Origin: a virus
Length of the DNA stretch: 64,000 nt
IMG/VR virus record: IMGVR_UViG_3300027791_000009
Location: 1-64,000 of that record
Reading direction: 5' to 3' (one strand)
Part shown: in pieces, positions 1 to 8,170 of the stretch
How the letters are laid out: every line of letters starts with the position of its first letter
How positions within the stretch are numbered: the first letter of the stretch is position 1
Made by a program: the position numbers and the translations under genes
Notes under the pieces: model-generated
What the model was told of the DNA's origin: nothing
Seen by the model: the letters and a program-made list of their open reading frames with translations, nothing else
The model's database searches: none

Positions 1-1
1 A

Positions 2-430
2 CTACCACCTGCATTACAAAAAGCAATTCTTGCTAAACAAGGTAAGAAAGAAACTGCTGACAAAGATGAAATGCATGACATGAAAAAAGATGATAAGAAA
101 GAAATTAAAGAAGAAGACGCTTACGAGAATGATAGATATATTATCAAAAATGGTAAAGCAACTTTAGACAATTCAAATACACCTGATAAAAAAAATCATG
201 TATATGCTGATGGTCATAAAGACGCTGAAAAGAAAGCAAAAGAAAAAGGTATTAAAGAAGACCACGGTCCAAAGCATAAAGATGATAATGCTAAGAGTGT
301 TTTACCTAAATCACAAGACCCTAAAGACCCTATGAACATCAAAACTAAAGAACCTGAAAAGAAAACTACTATGAATGCTAGTAAATCAGACAAAATTGAT
401 GTTAATCCTAAGATAGATTACGCAAATTAA
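2..430 (+). CDS. 3' part of a charged (K/E/D-rich) putative head-associated/internal protein; open to the window edge
   Basis: Frame is open from base 2 (LPPALQKAILAKQGKK...) into the tracked ORF at 71; contains IKE-E/IKE-D motifs. Confidence 0.7.
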   Translation, partial: LPPALQKAILAKQGKKETADKDEMHDMKKDDKKEIKEEDAYENDRYIIKNGKATLDNSNTPDKKNHVYADGHKDAEKKAKEKGIKEDHGPKHKDDNAKSVLPKSQDPKDPMNIKTKEPEKKTTMNASKSDKIDVNPKIDYAN

Positions 431-454
431 TTCATCTTTTTGCTCATTTTATGC

Positions 455-483
455 TTGACAAGGCCATAATAATGTGTTATTAT
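455..483 (+). promoter_or_regulatory. sigma70-type early promoter
   Basis: TTGACA-N17-TATTAT. Confidence 0.75.
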
Positions 484-513
484 AAAGCATAATGAAAAAA
501 GGATATACACACT

Positions 514-1110
514 ATGAAATTTAAAGAACTCCGAGCTGATGTAATACATCAAGTCAAAAAACTATCACTTACAAACGAAGCGTTTAGACAAGACAACAAG
601 AAGTTGCCTCGTATCTATTGTGATATGGATGGAGTCCTATGTAATTTTGAACAGGCTGCACAAAAAGCAGTTAAAATGCCTCTATCACAATGGGCACAAG
701 AACCTAAAAAAGTATTTAAAACAATAAGAGATAAGTGGCAACCGATAATGCAGACTAAAAATTTCTGGTCTACATTACCTTGGAATCCAGGTGGTCAACA
801 ACTATGGTCTTTCATTAGTAAACATGACCCACACATCTTATCTGCTTATGTCGAACAGACATCGGATCCTAGTTGTATTCCTGGCAAATCAAAATGGGCT
901 AGAACCAAATTAGGTATGTCCGGCAGTAAAGTAAATTTAGTAAAAAGAAGAGAAAAGCAGAATTTTGCTAAAGTTGGTGGTATGCCAACAATTCTAATTG
1001 ACGACTATATCAAAAACATTAATCAGTTTAGAGCAAGAGGTGGTATAGGTATTCATCACACTAGTGCCGCTAAAACGATTTCTGAATTGAGAAAACTAGG
1101 TTTTAAATAG
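514..1110 (+). CDS. HAD-family 5'(3')-deoxyribonucleotidase-like phosphatase
   Basis: Motif I DMDGVL and motif IV ILIDD; RBS AAGGA. Confidence 0.85.
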   Translation: MKFKELRADVIHQVKKLSLTNEAFRQDNKKLPRIYCDMDGVLCNFEQAAQKAVKMPLSQWAQEPKKVFKTIRDKWQPIMQTKNFWSTLPWNPGGQQLWSFISKHDPHILSAYVEQTSDPSCIPGKSKWARTKLGMSGSKVNLVKRREKQNFAKVGGMPTILIDDYIKNINQFRARGGIGIHHTSAAKTISELRKLGFK

Positions 1111-1117
1111 TCAATCT

Positions 1118-1125
1118 TATAAATA
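1118..1125 (+). promoter_or_regulatory. T4-type late promoter
   Basis: TATAAATA upstream of a structural gene. Confidence 0.8.
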
Positions 1126-1172
1126 TAAACGATTAATCATTAAGTTAACTTAAATTAATAAGGAGAGATACT

Positions 1173-1751
1173 ATGAGTTTATGGGGAGCAAGTTCCAGTG
1201 ATGAAAGTAAACCTAAAAATCTTACTACAACTGAAAAAGCAGAAGTTTTTGCTAATCAAAAAGGTTGGGTTGTAAGAGCAGGGTCTACAAGAACTGGTAA
1301 CGGAAACACAGCCGCTACTCCAGAAGTACTAGTCGCATTAGGTGGTCTATCAACAGCATTAGCTGCTGCTACGATTTCATCTACTGAATTTGATATATCA
1401 TCATTTGATGTATCAGCAGGTGGTACTTTATCGGTAACGGTAAACTATAACGAACAAATCACGGTTGCAGGTTCGCCTACAATCGCAGTAACCAATTCAC
1501 AAGCAGGCGGTGGTTCAGCTGCGTCATTAACATTGACGAAATCAGCTTCTACTGCTAACACGGTAACATTTACACTAGTTGTAGGTGCTGCTGGTTCAAC
1601 TATATCAGCAGATGATATACTATCTATCGGGGCTCAAAATGTCTTGTTAGCGGGTGGTACTATTACTGATACGGTTGCTACAACTGCTGCTGCTGTCGCA
1701 GTATCAGCTGCTGCTGGTGCCGGTGCAGGAACAATTACTGCTGTTGCGTAA
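1173..1751 (+). CDS. virion structural protein (Ala/Thr-rich, Ig-like C-terminus)
   Basis: MSLWG N-terminus as seen in marine T4-like structural proteins; late promoter, strong RBS, terminator. Confidence 0.7.
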   Translation: MSLWGASSSDESKPKNLTTTEKAEVFANQKGWVVRAGSTRTGNGNTAATPEVLVALGGLSTALAAATISSTEFDISSFDVSAGGTLSVTVNYNEQITVAGSPTIAVTNSQAGGGSAASLTLTKSASTANTVTFTLVVGAAGSTISADDILSIGAQNVLLAGGTITDTVATTAAAVAVSAAAGAGAGTITAVA

Positions 1752-1781
1752 TAGATAATAACAATAAAATTAAGAATATTA

Positions 1782-1807
1782 GGGGATCCGTTGTGGTCCC
1801 CTTTTTT
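1782..1807 (+). terminator. intrinsic terminator
   Basis: GGGGATC-cgttgt-GGTCCCC stem followed by T-tract. Confidence 0.85.
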
Positions 1808-1812
1808 ATTTG

Positions 1813-1820
1813 TATAAATA
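1813..1820 (+). promoter_or_regulatory. T4-type late promoter
   Basis: TATAAATA. Confidence 0.8.
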
Positions 1821-1888
1821 GTATTAATGGTGCGTATATGATGTACGCAGTAGTTTACCACAACTAGTGGAATTATAGGAGAACTAAA

Positions 1889-2338
1889 ATGGCAGACAAA
1901 AAGATTACAGCCTTAGACAATCTAGGCACATCATTGGCGGTAGAGGATTTATTCCATATTGTTGATGACCCCTCAAATACACCAATTAATAAAAAGGTAA
2001 CAGCGAAAGATGTTTTTAATAACATTCCAACTTTTATCGGATTGACATCAACTAGTGAAGCATTGACTTCTACTAGCACAGCGATTAATACAACATCAGC
2101 AATTTCAGAAGTAGACCAATCTGGTGGTGCAACAGCACTTTCAATGGCAGATGGTACTAACGGAATGATTAAAACAATTATTGCAGTAGGTACTGGTGGT
2201 AACTCCATCACTATCACACCATCTAATTTAAGAGGATATTCAACTATCGTTCTTAATGCAGAAGGCGGAACGGTAACTTGTTTATTTAAAAATTCTAAAT
2301 GGAATGTAATTGCTAATCAAGGCGCTACAATCGCATAA
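1889..2338 (+). CDS. putative virion fibre/decoration protein
   Basis: MADKKITAL N-terminus and beta-rich C-terminus; late promoter. Confidence 0.65.
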   Translation: MADKKITALDNLGTSLAVEDLFHIVDDPSNTPINKKVTAKDVFNNIPTFIGLTSTSEALTSTSTAINTTSAISEVDQSGGATALSMADGTNGMIKTIIAVGTGGNSITITPSNLRGYSTIVLNAEGGTVTCLFKNSKWNVIANQGATIA

Positions 2339-2364
2339 TATAATTAATTTGAGGAGATAAAATT

Positions 2365-2607
2365 ATGGCTATATCACTTGGTTTAGTTGAGAAAGAATAC
2401 AATCAACTATTTAAAGAAAGAGAAACACTAACTGAAAGTGTTAACAAATTAGAAGGTGAACTCGCAAGTACAAAGTCTCGTTTAAATGCTTTGCACGGTG
2501 CAGTACAAGTACTAGAAAAGTTAATGCGAAAAGCAGATAGTGATTTGACATTAAGAGAAGCACAGAAAGAATTAAACCCTGTTGTAGAGGAAAAACAAAA
2601 TGGATAA
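2365..2607 (+). CDS. small coiled-coil protein
   Basis: ORF with RBS GAGGAG; heptad pattern. Confidence 0.75.
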   Translation: MAISLGLVEKEYNQLFKERETLTESVNKLEGELASTKSRLNALHGAVQVLEKLMRKADSDLTLREAQKELNPVVEEKQNG

Positions 2608-2749
2608 AATTACAGAAAAGTCTAATACTTTACAGGAGATTTTAACGGTTAACCCTAATGAAGTTAATACTGAAAATGACCTTAATGAATTTGAAGAAGA
2701 TTTAGTACCTGGTACTAAAAAAGATAATAAAAAAGAAAAAGAGGAATAA
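2600..2749 (+). CDS. small acidic protein (49 aa, not in ORF track)
   Basis: MDKITEKSNTLQEIL...EKEE; fills the gap with overlapping start/stop, RBS GAGG. Confidence 0.6.
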   Translation: MDKITEKSNTLQEILTVNPNEVNTENDLNEFEEDLVPGTKKDNKKEKEE

Positions 2750-3172
2750 ATGAAAACTTTTAGAGAACACTTAAAAGAAGACAAGGTGGTAGGAACAGCT
2801 ACTTCAAACGCAGTAGAAGATAGTAATATCAGTACAGCGAATTTGAAAGACCCTAATGTACTTAAAAGAGTTAATGCCTTTGTTGGTTCGGTTGCAGATA
2901 TGGAATATATCAAACCACAACAAGCAGTTGATTCGTTAAGAGAAAAGTTAATGAGAATTGGTTTAGATATTTCACCTATGAAATTAGATGGTGACGCCGG
3001 TACGGTAACTGGTGAAGTAAAACAATTCGGCGGTACTTACGGTAAAACAACTGAAACTAAGCCTGAAGATGTAGTAGTAGATAATGGACCTGGTATTGAT
3101 AACTTAAAATTAGAAGTTAAGTACGAAACATTGTCTAACGGTTCATCAAAGGTTTACGCTAAACTGAAATAG
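2750..3172 (+). CDS. hypothetical protein with capsid-targeting-like N-terminus
   Basis: MKTFREHLKE resembles the T4 internal-protein CTS MKTYQEFIAE. Confidence 0.7.
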   Translation: MKTFREHLKEDKVVGTATSNAVEDSNISTANLKDPNVLKRVNAFVGSVADMEYIKPQQAVDSLREKLMRIGLDISPMKLDGDAGTVTGEVKQFGGTYGKTTETKPEDVVVDNGPGIDNLKLEVKYETLSNGSSKVYAKLK

Positions 3173-3182
3173 GCGTAAATTA

Positions 3183-3545
3183 ATGTTCAAACAGATAACC
3201 GACAAGAACTGGTTATTGTATGCACAAAAGCATTATGATAATCCGACATTTGAAACTGAAAAAGAATTTTGGGATGATATAAAGAGATTTAAATATCTCA
3301 AAAGATTGTTTCGTAAATATGAAACTACGAGCCTATTAAAGATTAGGTTGGTAACAAATCATATTATCGTACTACAAAATGTTTTCGGTACGAATGCCTG
3401 TATTACTTTATTGTTATATAAAAATGACACGAAGTATTGGCCTATCTTAAAGTCTGTTTTTAAATACCTAAACTATTTGTATCCGTCAGAGTTAGACGAA
3501 CTAACCGAAGACGAATATGTTAGACGGGAGTTAGAGAAACTATAA
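3183..3545 (+). CDS. conserved T4-like hypothetical protein
   Basis: YDNP...EF.DDIKRFKYLKRL...NHIIVL.NVFG pattern typical of marine T4-like phages. Confidence 0.75.
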   Translation: MFKQITDKNWLLYAQKHYDNPTFETEKEFWDDIKRFKYLKRLFRKYETTSLLKIRLVTNHIIVLQNVFGTNACITLLLYKNDTKYWPILKSVFKYLNYLYPSELDELTEDEYVRRELEKL

Positions 3546-4138
3546 TGGCAAGCAGAGCAATAGATTTATTAATAGCATATAGAGTAATTAAATTATTGGT
3601 TACTCCATTTAAGAACCAAGCTGCGTTTAAGACAGGTATCATAGACGCTGACGGTAAAGTACTTAAACCATATAGACTATTAAAAACAGGTGCAGAGAAA
3701 TCATCTTACACCATGCTACATAGATTTGTATTCAACTTAAAAAGAATACTAGGTAAAGTAGGATTAGGTGGTAAGATAGGTTCGTTTGCTGTTGCTTTAG
3801 GTTTATTACTTAAAGAAGACAAAGAGTTTGCTGAAGACCAAGGTAAGAACATAGAGAGTACACTTGTTAAGATATTAAAAGAGAAGAACGAATTAGTTTA
3901 TTCTATGTCTCTTAATGAAGAGTATTTTACAGATTCAACTTTAAAGGTTGGAAGTTATCAATTAAAAGAAGAACTATTTACTGGCGAAGAATTTTTACCT
4001 AAAGGTACAGATGTCTTTACTATAGAAGAACTTAAACCAGATTCAACGGTGTTAGGTTTAGATATATATAAGATGAAGTACGGTAAAGATATGCAAGAAA
4101 TATATGTTCCTGGAGACTATTTAGATGAGCGAAAATAA
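3545..4138 (+). CDS. conserved T4-like hypothetical protein
   Basis: YR.IKLLVTPF...A.K.GIID..GK...HR.VFNLKR pattern; coupled stop/start. Confidence 0.75.
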   Translation: MASRAIDLLIAYRVIKLLVTPFKNQAAFKTGIIDADGKVLKPYRLLKTGAEKSSYTMLHRFVFNLKRILGKVGLGGKIGSFAVALGLLLKEDKEFAEDQGKNIESTLVKILKEKNELVYSMSLNEEYFTDSTLKVGSYQLKEELFTGEEFLPKGTDVFTIEELKPDSTVLGLDIYKMKYGKDMQEIYVPGDYLDERK

Positions 4139-4721
4139 AAAACTAAAAGAATTTAAAGATGTATGGGAAGCTTGTTGGGACTCACACAAACAAGTCGGAA
4201 CTAAAATGAAAGGTGGCAAAGAAGTACCTAATTGCGTACCTAAAAATGAAGACGCACCTGTTAATTCAGTTGCGAGTGGCGGAGTTTCTATGCCACCTGA
4301 CGCTATGATGAAGAAAAAGAAGAAAGATATTCTAACTAAACTTGGTAGAAATATCAAAGAGAATAAAGATAACAATAACGCTGTAATGAATAGTGTACTA
4401 GACCAACTAGATAGACTAGATGTTATTGTAGACGAATTAACATACGGTAAAAACGAACCAGAGTTTGTCGTAGACGAATCAAAAAAATCAATTTTAGAAA
4501 AAGCAAGATTAACTGATAGTGCATTTGGTAGTATCGGTTCTGGTGGTGCCATGGGTGGTATGCACCCGGTAGCAGCTTTAGGAGATACTCCTCCAAAAGG
4601 ATATGGAAGTAGAAAGATTGGATTAGCGGCCAATAAGGATCCTAGACATGGTATCAAACAAGACAAGAAAACAAAAAACTTGAAAATAGTTAAACGAGAG
4701 GACAACAATGAAGAAGAGTAA
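4125..4721 (+). CDS. hypothetical head-associated protein
   Basis: EACWD...GTKMKGGKEVPNCVP and EDAPVN motifs seen in myovirus head-associated proteins. Confidence 0.7.
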   Translation: MSENKKLKEFKDVWEACWDSHKQVGTKMKGGKEVPNCVPKNEDAPVNSVASGGVSMPPDAMMKKKKKDILTKLGRNIKENKDNNNAVMNSVLDQLDRLDVIVDELTYGKNEPEFVVDESKKSILEKARLTDSAFGSIGSGGAMGGMHPVAALGDTPPKGYGSRKIGLAANKDPRHGIKQDKKTKNLKIVKREDNNEEE

Positions 4722-5217
4722 TTGGAACGGATTATTAGACGCAATATTTTTACCACCAAGAAACTGGGTATTAAATAAAGCGCTAAAGTTTAAGTCAGAT
4801 GATTTAGATGATAGAGAAGTATCAATGTTATTAGATTGCAAAGTAGATGTTTATGACAACGGAAGAAATACAGCAACGATAACGGTACCAGCAAAATACA
4901 TAACAGACCTTGCAAGTGTACCAAGAATATGTTGGGCATTTATTGCTCCATTTGATGTTGCAAGAGCAGCTGTAATACATGACATCATGTACGAAAAGAT
5001 TAATAGTGCATTTAAAGAAGGTATCATATCTACGAAGAAAGACCGAGAACTATATAGAAGTATAGCAGATAAGGTATTCAGACAAGGTATGGAAAATTCA
5101 GAACCTTCAGTTCCTAAGTGGAAAATAAAATCTGCTTACTATAGTGTGAGAATGTTTGGCCGTTGGGCAATCAACTCAAGCGCTCCACGAGGTGCGAAAC
5201 CACAGGCGAAGAAATAG
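4708..5217 (+). CDS. DUF1353-family protein
   Basis: TDLASVPR...AAVIHD...AD..F...M...Y.SVR.FG signature. Confidence 0.8.
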   Translation: MKKSNWNGLLDAIFLPPRNWVLNKALKFKSDDLDDREVSMLLDCKVDVYDNGRNTATITVPAKYITDLASVPRICWAFIAPFDVARAAVIHDIMYEKINSAFKEGIISTKKDRELYRSIADKVFRQGMENSEPSVPKWKIKSAYYSVRMFGRWAINSSAPRGAKPQAKK

Positions 5218-5218
5218 T

Positions 5219-5488
5219 ATGTGGTTCTTTTTAATCAAATCTGCTATGGGTGCCATAGTAGGACAAGCTACTAACTCATGGTTTAAGAAAACTAAGATGG
5301 GTATATGGTTTTACCAGAAAGTAGATAAGTGTTATAGTTGGGCAGCCAAGAGATACGACTTAGATGTTCTTTCTAAAGAAGAGAAACTAATACAAAAGTT
5401 TCCTATGTTAGTAAAGAAGATTAACAAACTAGAAGATGAAATAGCGAAAGTGAAAGTAGAACAAGTAAAATTAAGGAGTAAGAGATAA
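5219..5488 (+). CDS. hypothetical protein
   Basis: ATG 5219 directly after the upstream stop; hydrophobic N-terminus, coiled-coil C-terminus. Confidence 0.7.
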   Translation: MWFFLIKSAMGAIVGQATNSWFKKTKMGIWFYQKVDKCYSWAAKRYDLDVLSKEEKLIQKFPMLVKKINKLEDEIAKVKVEQVKLRSKR

Positions 5489-5595
5489 TGTTTTTAACAA
5501 TAGGACTTATAATTGGTTTTGTTTTAGGTTGGTATGTAAACGAGAAGTTTGAAGACCTAGTAGAACTAATACAAAAATTAAAATTCTGGAGATAG
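5488..5595 (+). CDS. small single-TM protein (35 aa, not in track)
   Basis: MFLTIGLIIGFVLGWYVNEK...; RBS AAGGAG, TAATG coupling. Confidence 0.65.
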   Translation: MFLTIGLIIGFVLGWYVNEKFEDLVELIQKLKFWR

Positions 5596-5599
5596 TAAT

Positions 5600-6073
5600 A
5601 TGATATTCGGTGGTGCAAAAATGATTATGGCAGGTATATTGATTGCAGGACTAGCCGGTGGTGCAGCTTATGTTTATAAGTTGAAAGCAGACAATGCTAT
5701 TTTACAAGCAAACCAAATCAAGTTAGAAGAAGCAGTTAGTAGCCAAAAGGCTGTAATAGAGCAACAAAAAGAAGACTTTGGTAAAATACTAGAAGCGAAC
5801 AAACAAATGAATGTTCTGGTGAGCGCCCTAAAGAAAGACTTAACCGACCTTGATAAAAGGTTTAATAAGAAACAACGAGACATTGGTAAACTTGCTGTAG
5901 AGAAAACAAAAGTAATAGAGAGAATAGTTAACAAAGGTAGTGTAAATGCTACTAGATGTATTTCAATCGCTATGGGTTCTCCACTTACAGAAAAAGAAAT
6001 TAAAGCAACTAAAAAGAGTGAAATTAATTCTGAATGTCCAACAATAGCGAATCCAAATTATGTACAATATTAA
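5600..6073 (+). CDS. i-spanin (Rz-like)
   Basis: N-terminal TM, long coiled coil, two C-terminal Cys; overlaps a lipoprotein gene. Confidence 0.7.
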   Translation: MIFGGAKMIMAGILIAGLAGGAAYVYKLKADNAILQANQIKLEEAVSSQKAVIEQQKEDFGKILEANKQMNVLVSALKKDLTDLDKRFNKKQRDIGKLAVEKTKVIERIVNKGSVNATRCISIAMGSPLTEKEIKATKKSEINSECPTIANPNYVQY

Positions 6074-6431
6074 AAATATATTTTTAGTTTTAATACTTGC
6101 AATCGCAATTAGTGGTTGTTCTTCTATTAAGAAGTTAGACATCTTTAAAACAGAAGTAGAAAGAACAAAACTAAATTTAGAGAAACCAACACCACCTGAA
6201 CTAGAACAGATTAAGTGGATTATTATTACTTCTGAAAATGCACAAGAAGTATTTAAGAAGTTAGAAGAAGCAGGTATAGACCCTGTGCTGTTTGGTTTAA
6301 CAGACGCAGACTATCAACTCATTGCAAAGAACTTTGCTCAGATTAGAAACCATATGGTAAAGACTAATAGATTGCTAGATGAGTATAAAAAATACTACGA
6401 ACCAGAAACAGAAAATGACACGAAAAACTAA
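6060..6431 (+). CDS. o-spanin (Rz1-like lipoprotein)
   Basis: Signal peptide with lipobox ISGC, Pro-rich stretch KPTPPEL. Confidence 0.7.
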   Translation: MYNIKNIFLVLILAIAISGCSSIKKLDIFKTEVERTKLNLEKPTPPELEQIKWIIITSENAQEVFKKLEEAGIDPVLFGLTDADYQLIAKNFAQIRNHMVKTNRLLDEYKKYYEPETENDTKN

Positions 6432-6600
6432 TACAATGTTAATAGGTCTTTTAGGTTCAATCCTATTAGGGTTAGCAACCTGGACACTAGTCACATTAAT
6501 AGAATTACAATTACTAGTGACTATGATACAACAAGACCTGATAAGCATTGATAAACAATTCGGCCGAGTTTACAATTTCATAGACTCTGTTAGAAAATAA
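6415..6600 (+). CDS. small membrane protein
   Basis: N-terminal TM plus short coiled coil. Confidence 0.6.
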   Translation: MTRKTNTMLIGLLGSILLGLATWTLVTLIELQLLVTMIQQDLISIDKQFGRVYNFIDSVRK

Positions 6601-6672
6601 CTAAATAGTAATATGATTTGATGTTTTACCTTATGACTACAGCCCCACACTATAGCATAAGGAACGAGAACA

Positions 6673-7152
6673 TTGATAGACCCAATCTCAGCAATAGCAA
6701 TTGCAACAACAGCATACAAAGCAGTCACAAGAGCAGTCGCATTAGGTTCGGAAGCTGAACACACCTTCAAACAAATGGGTAAGTGGTATACTGCTGTAGC
6801 AGATATACGAAAAGCAGCTGAACATAACAAGAACCCACCTATATTTAAGAAACTCTTTTCAGCAGGTAGCGTAGAAGAAGAGTCCTTACAATTACTCATA
6901 CACGAAAAGAAGATACAGGAACAAGAGAGAGACTTACGGTCTCTTCTAAACTTCCGTTTTGGTCCCAATACTTGGTCTGAACTTACAGAAATGAGAAGAG
7001 AGATTAGGGCCCAAAGAGAAAAAGAAGTCTATAGACAAAGAGAACTACAAAGAGCTATATTAGATGGTATTGCCATACTAATGCTTGTACTTCTAGTAGG
7101 TGCCTGTGTATGGGGTATGATATTACTTGCAATTAGTCAAGGAAAACTCTAG
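6673..7152 (+). CDS. hypothetical protein with C-terminal TM helix (TTG start)
   Basis: MIDPISAIA start, helical body, C-terminal hydrophobic segment. Confidence 0.75.
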   Translation: MIDPISAIAIATTAYKAVTRAVALGSEAEHTFKQMGKWYTAVADIRKAAEHNKNPPIFKKLFSAGSVEEESLQLLIHEKKIQEQERDLRSLLNFRFGPNTWSELTEMRREIRAQREKEVYRQRELQRAILDGIAILMLVLLVGACVWGMILLAISQGKL

Positions 7153-7220
7153 TCAATTAAATGACACCCTAATGTGTCAAATTTTTCCTACGAAAACAAC
7201 CATTTAGAGTGTGCCTTCTC

Positions 7221-7228
7221 TATAAATA
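7221..7228 (+). promoter_or_regulatory. T4-type late promoter
   Basis: TATAAATA. Confidence 0.8.
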
Positions 7229-7258
7229 ATAGTATAGATTAACTCAAGGACACACACA

Positions 7259-8047
7259 ATGGATAGATTACTTAGTTTATTTATAGTATGTTTTGTTATG
7301 TTAGGAATCACTACAATTCCTGCTTGGTCTGATACAACATCATCTGGAGCGACTACCAATTCCCTTACTAATACTACTGGAAGTAATACTACAATTACGG
7401 GTGGATATTCACAGGAAGACACAACTACTTACCAATCTGGTTCGTCTAGTAATACAACGAGCAGTACTAACGCAACCACAAACAACAACTCAAACATAAG
7501 AGACCAACAGAATACTGCCTCAGCGCCCTCTATGAGTGCTATGTCGCAAGATGTATGCGTTATGGGTGTATCTGGAGGTCTACAATATCCAGGTATCGGT
7601 ATATCAATGGGTGCTCATATAAGAGACGAAAATTGTGAACGAATTAAATTAAGCAAAGTCTTAAATGACCTAGGTATGAAGGTCGCTGCTGTTTCTATAT
7701 TATGTCAGGATCCTAGAGTATTTGAAGCAATGATACACTCGGGAACACCTTGTCCATATCAAGGTAAGATTGGTGCAGAAGCAAAAGCACAATGGAACAA
7801 ATACGACAAGTTAAGACCAGACTATGACTTATATGTTCATAAACTAAAAATCATAGAGAAGAAAGAAAAAGAATTAACAAAGACTAGTGAAGAAGACAAG
7901 TCTTTAAATTACCAATTGACTGAACAAACTGCTATCGCTGATGAAATAAGAAAAGAAAATAAGAAGTTAGACGCATACGCAGATAAACTTGAAAAGAAAG
8001 TTGAGAAGCTTGAAATGAAAGTTGATAAGAATAACAAATCAAAATAA
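7259..8047 (+). CDS. secreted protein: signal peptide, S/T/N-rich linker, 4-Cys domain, coiled-coil tail
   Basis: Signal peptide ending AWS; C-VMGVSGGLQYPGIGISMGAHIRDEN-C. Confidence 0.8.
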   Translation: MDRLLSLFIVCFVMLGITTIPAWSDTTSSGATTNSLTNTTGSNTTITGGYSQEDTTTYQSGSSSNTTSSTNATTNNNSNIRDQQNTASAPSMSAMSQDVCVMGVSGGLQYPGIGISMGAHIRDENCERIKLSKVLNDLGMKVAAVSILCQDPRVFEAMIHSGTPCPYQGKIGAEAKAQWNKYDKLRPDYDLYVHKLKIIEKKEKELTKTSEEDKSLNYQLTEQTAIADEIRKENKKLDAYADKLEKKVEKLEMKVDKNNKSK

Positions 8048-8056
8048 GGACACACT

Positions 8057-8170
8057 ATGGAACTATTAATATGGTTAACAATTTATTTAGGAGTACTCGG
8101 ATATGCGTGGTTTAAACTTGATAAACTTGCTGACGACCTTAATCCTTATAATTTCCGTAAACGAGATTAA
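8057..8170 (+). CDS. small single-TM protein (37 aa, not in track)
   Basis: MELLIWLTIYLGVLGYAWFK...; RBS AAGGA. Confidence 0.55.
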   Translation: MELLIWLTIYLGVLGYAWFKLDKLADDLNPYNFRKRD

